Shown piece after piece: positions 44,125 through 50,405 of a stretch of DNA of 50,405 nt. Within the stretch, counting starts at the first letter, position 1. Each line of letters opens with the position of its first letter. The DNA is from Ignavibacteriota bacterium (GTDB taxonomy: Bacteria > Bacteroidota > Ignavibacteria > Ignavibacteriales > Ignavibacteriaceae), in contig JBDTRQ010000065.1 in NCBI GenBank assembly GCA_039931535.1, positions 1 to 50,405 of the forward strand, in the 5' to 3' direction. The position numbers were made by a program, and so were the translations under genes. The notes under the pieces were generated by a model, which saw nothing but the letters and a program-made list of their open reading frames with translations, was not told the origin of the DNA and did no database searches.

Positions 44125-46212
44125 TTATTTCATATAAACCATTTTAATCATTTGAGATGAAACTTTGCCTGTGGATAGTGAAGTCGCATTTAACACGGCA
44201 AAATAAATTCCAGAAGATAATTCTGATGCGGAAAATAACTTTGTATGATTACCCTCCGGTTGAACTTCGCTTACAAAATCAGTAACAACTTCACCAAGAA
44301 TATTTACAACACTTAGTTTAACAGTGCTTTGTTCTGGAATGTTATACTTTATTATTGTAGCAGGATTAAATGGATTAGGATAATTCTGTTCGAGCACAAA
44401 ATCACTTACAACGCCGCCAACATTTATAGTTATATTGCCTGCGATTGTTCTTGTTCCATCAAAATCAATTTGCACTAACCTGTAAGTATATTCCCCCTCG
44501 GCTAAATTTTTATCAGTGATTGAGTAAACTTGTTTTTCAGTAGTAGTGCCCTTACCATTAACAAATCCAAGTATTGTCCATTCTGTTTGACTCTTGTCTT
44601 TTGACATTTGACTTTTTTGAATTTCAAACCCCAAATTATTTAGTTCGGTTGCTGTAATCCAATTTAGAGTTACATTATTATCAGCAACTGCTGAAGTGAA
44701 AGATACAAGTTCAACAGGAACAGTTGCAGGATCAACATACACACCAGTATGCTGCGGATTAAATTGATACATTGCATTTACAATTTTTGTTGGATTATAT
44801 GGTAACCCGGTATTCCATACATACAAAAACACTTGCTTGTTATTTATATCAAAGTTAAAACTTCCGCCAACTATATCAAGTAAACCATCGTTGTTTAAAT
44901 CACCTAAAAGCGGCTGCTGAAAACTTGTATTCTGCATTAACTCAAGTGGCCAGCCTGTAACAAGTGAGCCATCCATATTTAATGCTCGGTATCTTCCTAA
45001 TCCGCTTTCTGTAACGTTTTCATCAAAAATAATTTCAAACGCATTATCGTTATCAATATCTGCAACGGTTATCTGATTTGCAGATCCATGGTAAGGTCCC
45101 ATTGGAAAATTACTAACTAAACTTCCGTCAACATTATAAGCAAAAACAGAAAAGTATGGAGTGGGTGATGCGCCGTATTCGCCTATAACAACTTCAAGCT
45201 GAGAATCACCATCAATGTCTGCAACAATTGGAGCGCCGTAAATCCAGTTGGGTACAAATTTTGGCCAACCTGGTAAGATTGTACCATCATATTTAACTGC
45301 ATAAGTAATTCCGCCTGAATCAACAGCAGAAGAATGTGAACAGAATAATATTTCTAATTTACCATCGCCGGTTAAATCAGCAAGAACAGGAGCGGAATAA
45401 GAGTTTGATCCAACTAATGAATCCACAATAGCAAAAGGAAATCCGGGTAATATTTGTCCGTCTTTATTCCATACGTATAAAAGATTTCTAGATTCCATAA
45501 CAACATCCATAACACCGTCATTGTTTACATCACCTGCAGATGCGGATGCACCAACATATCTATCCATTATTTTGGGCCAGCCTGGATAAACAGTTCCATC
45601 TCCATTGTAAACGTATGCTTGTCCTGTTCTTGTGCCCAAAATTATTTCCATTGATCCGTTGCCATCCAAATCAGTAAGTGTAGGGCTCATTGGATATTTC
45701 CCAACATTAACGGGAAAACCGGGAACAACGGAACCATCTTTTTTAAAAGCTTGAATGTTACCACCAAGCGGACCACCGATTCCTGCAACAACTTCACCTT
45801 CGCCATCGTTATCAATATCACCAAAAGAAACTGTCCATACAGCTTCGTAATATTGTGTAAAAGTTTTAGGCCAGCCGGTAACAGCGCTTCCATCTAAATT
45901 AACTGCATATAATGTTTCTCCTGCGCCAAAAATTATTTCCATCTCAGGATCAGCATCAAGGTTGCAATAAATAGATCCTGTTTTGGGTGAGATAACCGAA
46001 TACAATCCTTGTTGCGGAAATCCGGGATATACGGTAAAACCCGGATCGTATATATCGCTGTAAGAATTTGATTCAACCATTATATCGGAACCAACGAGAG
46101 AAGCACCATCAAGATCGGGAACGAAGCTTGATCGTGTTTGAGCCGGAGTTGAAATGTGAAGAAGAAATACAAAAGCGAGCAGAGAAGTAACAAGCAAGTA
46201 ATAATTTTTCAT
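44125..46212 (-). CDS. Secreted FG-GAP/integrin-alpha-like beta-propeller protein with shared pre-CTD module and T9SS sorting domain
   Basis: Seven Ca-loop-like repeats (GDIDNDGEGEVV, TDLDGNGSMEII, GDVNNDGVMDVV, ADLTGDGKLEIL, ADIDGDSQLEVV, ADIDNDNAFEII, GDLNNDGLLDIV). C-terminal VPVELVSFTS..LNWITATELNNLGFEIQK.. + QNYPNPFNPATIIKY.. Confidence 0.87.
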   Translation of the reverse strand: MKNYYLLVTSLLAFVFLLHISTPAQTRSSFVPDLDGASLVGSDIMVESNSYSDIYDPGFTVYPGFPQQGLYSVISPKTGSIYCNLDADPEMEIIFGAGETLYAVNLDGSAVTGWPKTFTQYYEAVWTVSFGDIDNDGEGEVVAGIGGPLGGNIQAFKKDGSVVPGFPVNVGKYPMSPTLTDLDGNGSMEIILGTRTGQAYVYNGDGTVYPGWPKIMDRYVGASASAGDVNNDGVMDVVMESRNLLYVWNKDGQILPGFPFAIVDSLVGSNSYSAPVLADLTGDGKLEILFCSHSSAVDSGGITYAVKYDGTILPGWPKFVPNWIYGAPIVADIDGDSQLEVVIGEYGASPTPYFSVFAYNVDGSLVSNFPMGPYHGSANQITVADIDNDNAFEIIFDENVTESGLGRYRALNMDGSLVTGWPLELMQNTSFQQPLLGDLNNDGLLDIVGGSFNFDINNKQVFLYVWNTGLPYNPTKIVNAMYQFNPQHTGVYVDPATVPVELVSFTSAVADNNVTLNWITATELNNLGFEIQKSQMSKDKSQTEWTILGFVNGKGTTTEKQVYSITDKNLAEGEYTYRLVQIDFDGTRTIAGNITINVGGVVSDFVLEQNYPNPFNPATIIKYNIPEQSTVKLSVVNILGEVVTDFVSEVQPEGNHTKLFSASELSSGIYFAVLNATSLSTGKVSSQMIKMVYMK

Positions 46213-46446
46213 ATTTTCACCTTTTGTTAAATGAGAGAAATTTTATTGTGTGTTTTATGAGTGTACAACATTTTCTATTTCAACTTGCGATAGAAAATAA
46301 TAAAATATTTGGTAGATACGAATGATGTTTAACAATTCTTTAACACACTAACAAATTTCATTTTGAAAAAATTTATAAAAATTGTTTGACGTGATAATAT
46401 TTATTAATTTCAAATATTCTTTATTTACAAAAGACAGGAGTGAACG

Positions 46447-48264
46447 ATGAAATATTTTTTTATACTTTTTACAATTCTTTCAGTTCAAATCTTTGCCCAA
46501 TACACAACACCAAACACAGGCGTTAACTGGAATCTTGATGATCTCGTTACAAACTCCGGTGGAGTTGTAGCTGGAACGTTTCCAAACTATACAATAACAA
46601 ATAAAATAGTTATCGCGGCAAGTGATAGAGTTTATATCAATCCTGGAACAACAGTTTTATTTTCCGGCGCAACATCTGGATTTGATGTTAACGGAAAATT
46701 TTCAGCAGTCGGAACAATAACGGATTCGATTATTTTTTCATCTTTAACGCAAGATTCAACCGGCGGTGCATACAATGGGTTTTATTTTCTAGATTCTTCC
46801 GTTGATACGGCTTGCATAATTAATTATGCTAGAATTGAATATGCCTATTATGGTCTTAGATGTTCTGGTGCAAGCCCTACATTATCAAATTCATATTTAT
46901 GGAAGTGTAGAAGAGCGTTTTATATTCAAACCGTTTCAAATCCTGCAATATCTCATAACAAAGTAGAAAGAACTTTTGAGTATGGCATTTATGTAACTAC
47001 AGGAAGCTCTCCATTGATTGAATGGAATGAACTTGTTAACAACAATACACAAAACACAAGTCCTAAAAATCAGATCACAATTGGAACACAGGGGGACAAT
47101 TCGCCAACAATTTTACACAATACAATTCATGGTGGAATGTTTAATAAAACAGGTGGAATAAGCATATCAACTTTGATTGGTGGCTCAGCTTCTTCATCAG
47201 AAATTGCTTACAATGAGATATACAATAACAGTTACGGAATTACAATGACAGGAAGTAACCCAATAACTTGTTATGTGCACGATAACTTAATTTACAACAA
47301 CAACATTAATCCAGAGGTAATGGTTGCGGGAAGCGGAATAAATGCTTATGGAACTGCTGTTGTAGCACCGATAATAACAAGGAATACTATTTACGGAAAC
47401 TGGTGGGGCGTTACTATTCAGGTTGGCGTTGCTGGGCAGCCTGGTGCAAATCCCAATCTTGGTAATATTGAAAATGCAGACACAACAGACGATGGATTGA
47501 ATTTAATTTATGGAAACGTTCAAGATGCAAACTTTTATGATCTCTATAATAATACACCCGATCCTATTTATGCACAGAATAACGATTGGGGTGTATATGA
47601 TTCTACATCAATTGAAAATCATATATTTCATTTCGTTGATGATTCCACGCTTGGTTTGGTCTTCTTTATGCCATTTTCGTGGTGGGTCCCTGTTGAGTTA
47701 ACATCATTTACAGGAAATACTTTAAACGGAAATGTTGTGCTTAATTGGGCAACAGCAACAGAGTTAAATAATTCTGGTTTTGAAATTCAATGTAAACGTA
47801 ACACTTCAACTTCGCTTAGTGTGACGAATTGGGAACACATAGGATTTATTAATGGTAATGGCACAACAACAGAAAAATCATTTTATTCTTTTGTGGATAA
47901 AAATCCAGTCCAGGGAAAATCTTTTTATAGATTGAAACAAATAGATTTTGATGGAACGTTTGAGCTTTCAAACATCATTGAAGTTGATTTTAGCTTGCTG
48001 ACAGAATTTTCACTTGAGCAGAATTACCCAAATCCGTTTAATCCAACAACCAGCATTAAATATGCAATAGGAAGTAAACAATTTGTGCAATTGAAGATTT
48101 ATAATATTCTCGGAAATGAAGTATCAACTCTTGTAAACGAAATTAGGCCTGCCGGCAATTATGAAGTAAATTTTAATGCTTCAAGATTATCAAGTGGTGT
48201 TTATTTCTATAAACTACAATCAGGTAGTTTTATTGAAACAAAGAAAATGTTGTTGATAAAGTGA
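46447..48264 (+). CDS. Secreted right-handed parallel beta-helix repeat protein with shared pre-CTD module and T9SS sorting domain
   Basis: AGGAG lies upstream and a signal peptide is present. Periodic ..N.I..N..GI.. beta-helix-type repeats. C-terminal VPVELTSFTGN..LNWATATELNNSGFEIQC.. + QNYPNPFNPTTSIKY.. Confidence 0.85.
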   Translation: MKYFFILFTILSVQIFAQYTTPNTGVNWNLDDLVTNSGGVVAGTFPNYTITNKIVIAASDRVYINPGTTVLFSGATSGFDVNGKFSAVGTITDSIIFSSLTQDSTGGAYNGFYFLDSSVDTACIINYARIEYAYYGLRCSGASPTLSNSYLWKCRRAFYIQTVSNPAISHNKVERTFEYGIYVTTGSSPLIEWNELVNNNTQNTSPKNQITIGTQGDNSPTILHNTIHGGMFNKTGGISISTLIGGSASSSEIAYNEIYNNSYGITMTGSNPITCYVHDNLIYNNNINPEVMVAGSGINAYGTAVVAPIITRNTIYGNWWGVTIQVGVAGQPGANPNLGNIENADTTDDGLNLIYGNVQDANFYDLYNNTPDPIYAQNNDWGVYDSTSIENHIFHFVDDSTLGLVFFMPFSWWVPVELTSFTGNTLNGNVVLNWATATELNNSGFEIQCKRNTSTSLSVTNWEHIGFINGNGTTTEKSFYSFVDKNPVQGKSFYRLKQIDFDGTFELSNIIEVDFSLLTEFSLEQNYPNPFNPTTSIKYAIGSKQFVQLKIYNILGNEVSTLVNEIRPAGNYEVNFNASRLSSGVYFYKLQSGSFIETKKMLLIK

Positions 48265-48323
48265 TTCTTTCACTTTATCATAAAATCCCAATGGGAATTT
48301 TGCTAAGATGATATTTATATTTT

Positions 48324-48357
48324 GTAGAGACGCCCCGATTTATCGAGGCGTCTCTAC
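48324..48357. terminator. Long perfect hairpin (gtagagacgcc / ggcgtctctac) between convergent genes; terminator and/or repeat unit
   Basis: 11-bp perfect stem, 48324..48334 / 48347..48357. Confidence 0.65.
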
Positions 48358-48374
48358 TGGTTATTAATAATTAC

Positions 48375-49064
48375 TTACAAACCAAAACTTAAACCAGCCA
48401 TAAATCTAAACTCATACTTTGGAGCATTAATTGATTTTGCAGCATCATCATAAGTATATCCTTCTCTTCCGCTTACATCTGTTCCGTCGGGATTGTAAAA
48501 AGAATCGTGTCCACCGATTTGTGCATCAAAGTAGTAGTCAAATCCACCTGCAAATACAAAGCTTAATGTTGGGCTAATACCAAAATATGTTTCTAATCCT
48601 GCACCCAAACCAAACTGTGAAGTAGAAATATCAAAGAATTCATTGCCGCCAACAAAATCAAACGTTGATGAGTGCATTGAGTATCGTGGTCCGATTGTTA
48701 AATATGATTTTCTGATTGAGAAAAGATTAATCGGGTAAGCAAAATCTAATCTTAAATCAATTGAACGAGCGGATTTATCAGGATCACCATTTGTGTTATC
48801 GTTGATAAAAACTTTTCTTGCGTCTAATGGATTACCCGCATCTCTTACATTGTAGCCTGCACTAAATTTTATTGCAAGCGGAATATCATAGGAAAAGTCA
48901 GTGATCATTCCAGAAAAGTTTGCACCAAAGTTATCTGTGTATCCAACCATAACGCCAAATGAAAATTTTGGATTTGCAGCCAAAGGTGGAGCGTTTTTTT
49001 GAGCAAGTATATTTGCAGTTATAAAAATAAATACAGCAACGATTAAAAATATTTTGCGAAGCAT
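48375..49064 (-). CDS. Small outer-membrane beta-barrel protein (porin-family/OmpA-N-like)
   Basis: Signal peptide and an alternating beta-strand pattern with Gly/aromatic-rich turns. 229 aa. Confidence 0.68.
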   Translation of the reverse strand: MLRKIFLIVAVFIFITANILAQKNAPPLAANPKFSFGVMVGYTDNFGANFSGMITDFSYDIPLAIKFSAGYNVRDAGNPLDARKVFINDNTNGDPDKSARSIDLRLDFAYPINLFSIRKSYLTIGPRYSMHSSTFDFVGGNEFFDISTSQFGLGAGLETYFGISPTLSFVFAGGFDYYFDAQIGGHDSFYNPDGTDVSGREGYTYDDAAKSINAPKYEFRFMAGLSFGL

Positions 49065-49356
49065 TTTGCCTCCTGTTTTTAGTTATTATTTTATGTGATT
49101 TTTATTATCTAATTAAGTTGTAATTACAGCAATTTTTATACTATAATTTGAATTTTGTAAAAGTGTTTTTTTGAAGTGTTTTAAATATCCATGGGTAAAT
49201 ATTTACATGACACAGGAATTTTTTGGATAAGGATAATTTTACTCTATTAAATTTTGCTGACTAATTTGACGTGTTAAATGTGCACTGAATTTTGCGCAGG
49301 AATTATTATTAAGTCAACTATTACGGTGTCAGACTATTTTGTGTTTATAAAAAAAA

Positions 49357-49394
49357 CTCAGGTTTGGATCTGCTGCCGCAGACTGAGCTACGGA
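49357..49394. repeat. Family C repeat, second copy (right half only)
   Basis: ctcaggtttggatctgctgccgcagactgagctacgga compared with ctcaggtcaggatctgccgtggcagactgagctacgaa at 14855..14892. Confidence 0.75.
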
Positions 49395-49458
49395 AAAAAT
49401 TAATGCTATCCGAGTTTCTTTGTAATTAAAATTCTTAAATAAAATATGAGAGAAAACT

Positions 49459-50025
49459 TTATAGGTTCCGGTATCTAAAACAAGTTGTAAGATGATCATT
49501 AACCATACCTGTTGCCTGCATGTGTGCATATATAATTGTTGATCCAACAAAATTGAAACCGCGTTTCTTTAAATCTTTACTTATCAAATCAGAAAGCTCG
49601 GTTTTTGCAGGAAGTTCTTTTAACGATTTAAATTTATTTTTAATTGGCTTGCCATTTACAAAACCCCAAATATATTTATCAAAAGTTCCGAACTCTTTTC
49701 TAACCTCAATAAATGCTTTTGCGTTTGATACTGCCGAATTAATTTTTAGCTGGTTGCGGATTATTCCCGCATCTTTCATTAGTGAATTAATTTTTCGTTT
49801 ATCGTACCTGGCAACTTTATTAAAATCAAAATTATCAAACGCCTTACGGAAATTTTGTCTTTTATAAAGGATAGTCCGCCAGCTTAATCCAGCCTGAAAA
49901 CCTTCCAGAAGAAGGAACTCAAAAAGTTTTTTATCAGTATGGATTGGAACACCCCATTCTTTATCGTGATACTTAATATAGACCGGATCGTTTGCGGGCC
50001 AGGCGCAGCGGGTTAGATTTTTCAT
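49459..50025 (-). CDS. tag: DNA-3-methyladenine glycosylase I
   Basis: ..RCAWPANDPVYIKYHDKEWGVP..LFEFLLLEGFQAGLSW.. is the Tag family signature. Confidence 0.9.
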   Translation of the reverse strand: MKNLTRCAWPANDPVYIKYHDKEWGVPIHTDKKLFEFLLLEGFQAGLSWRTILYKRQNFRKAFDNFDFNKVARYDKRKINSLMKDAGIIRNQLKINSAVSNAKAFIEVRKEFGTFDKYIWGFVNGKPIKNKFKSLKELPAKTELSDLISKDLKKRGFNFVGSTIIYAHMQATGMVNDHLTTCFRYRNL

Positions 50026-50352
50026 ATTTCATTCCTGTAATTGAATATTATTTCAAACTAAAATTAAATATTAAAACAACAAACAGTCAAATATTTTTTC
50101 CATTTGTGCATGATTAAACATATCTCAATTTTTGAAGTGTTGTTTTTAATTAATTCTAATAAGCAGCAATGACAATGAAAAAAATATTTTTTATTCTTTC
50201 GTTAGTGGCATTTGTCCTTGGTTTTACTGCAATCTGGTTAAACGAATTAAAATTAATTTTCGTGATAAAAAAACCTTTAAGAATAAATATTCTGTTTTAC
50301 TTTAAAGACTAATAACATAGCTTTAAAAACATCATTACAACTGAAAGTAGAT

Positions 50353-50405
50353 ATGAAAATTTTTGTGCTTCTTGTTAGTGTGCTTTTTCTAGTGAACGGC
50401 TGTTC
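50353..50405 (+). CDS. Start of a lipoprotein gene (runs off the window)
   Basis: MKIFVLLVSVLFLVNGC.. has a lipobox-like LVNGC. Only 17 codons are visible. Confidence 0.4.
   Translation, partial: MKIFVLLVSVLFLVNGC

Noticed and set aside
31097-47836. A diversity-generating retroelement as the cause of the variable loop in the pre-CTD module.
   Set aside because: The window holds no reverse transcriptase and no template-repeat/variable-repeat pair. The variation is by indels and unrelated sequence, not adenine-specific substitution.
7799-49394. Whether the dispersed palindromic repeats could be a CRISPR array.
   Set aside because: Copies are kilobases apart, differ in length and family, are individually palindromic and have no regular spacers. 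No cas genes are present.
49329-49867. ORFs 49329..49550 (-) and 49520..49867 (+) around tag.
   Set aside because: They overlap the clearly recognisable tag gene or the family C repeat. No motifs.
50168-50311. 47-codon ORF (MTMKKIFFILSLVAFVLGFTAIW...) near the window end.
   Set aside because: It has a hydrophobic N-terminus but no ribosome-binding site or motif. It falls below what I can support.

Overview
The window is a visibly AT-rich stretch of bacterial chromosome with no rRNA, tRNA, CRISPR array, transposase, integrase or phage genes that I can recognise. I infer an FCB-superphylum organism, most like Ignavibacteriota. The grounds are many type IX secretion (T9SS) C-terminal sorting domains of the '..QNYPNPFNPST..' type, a Bacteroidota-style hybrid two-component regulator, and clear AGGAG-type ribosome-binding sites. 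I support about 41 protein genes.

Cell envelope and regulation: a TonB-dependent receptor (3' end only), a 1261-aa T9SS cargo and a PorV/PorQ-like barrel form one module. There are also a hybrid sensor kinase/AraC regulator followed by three T9SS cargo genes, a divergent pair of FG-GAP and beta-helix T9SS cargoes, and an OmpR/HisKA pair.

Peptide use: an S9 peptidase, two POT peptide transporters and a secreted matrixin-like protease.

Housekeeping: valS, serC, msrB and tag.

Defence: a small mrr + hicAB islet.

The most interesting signals are not single genes:
- Several families of short palindromic repeats are scattered in intergenic DNA. Copies or look-alikes also sit in frame inside coding sequences: one T9SS sorting domain, one variable loop of a shared pre-CTD module, and possibly valS and serC.
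- The hicAB cassette is bracketed by a 32-bp direct duplication of the original 3' end of the DUF1015 gene, so it is a datable insertion.
- A five-fold reused C-terminal module of roughly 190 aa is attached to unrelated N-terminal folds, and a decayed sixth copy lies in an intergenic region.
- There is a chimeric DUF3365/acyl-CoA-synthetase-tail ORF, and an ORF pair separated by one in-frame TGA.

All functional calls rest on motifs I can read in the translations. No database search was run.
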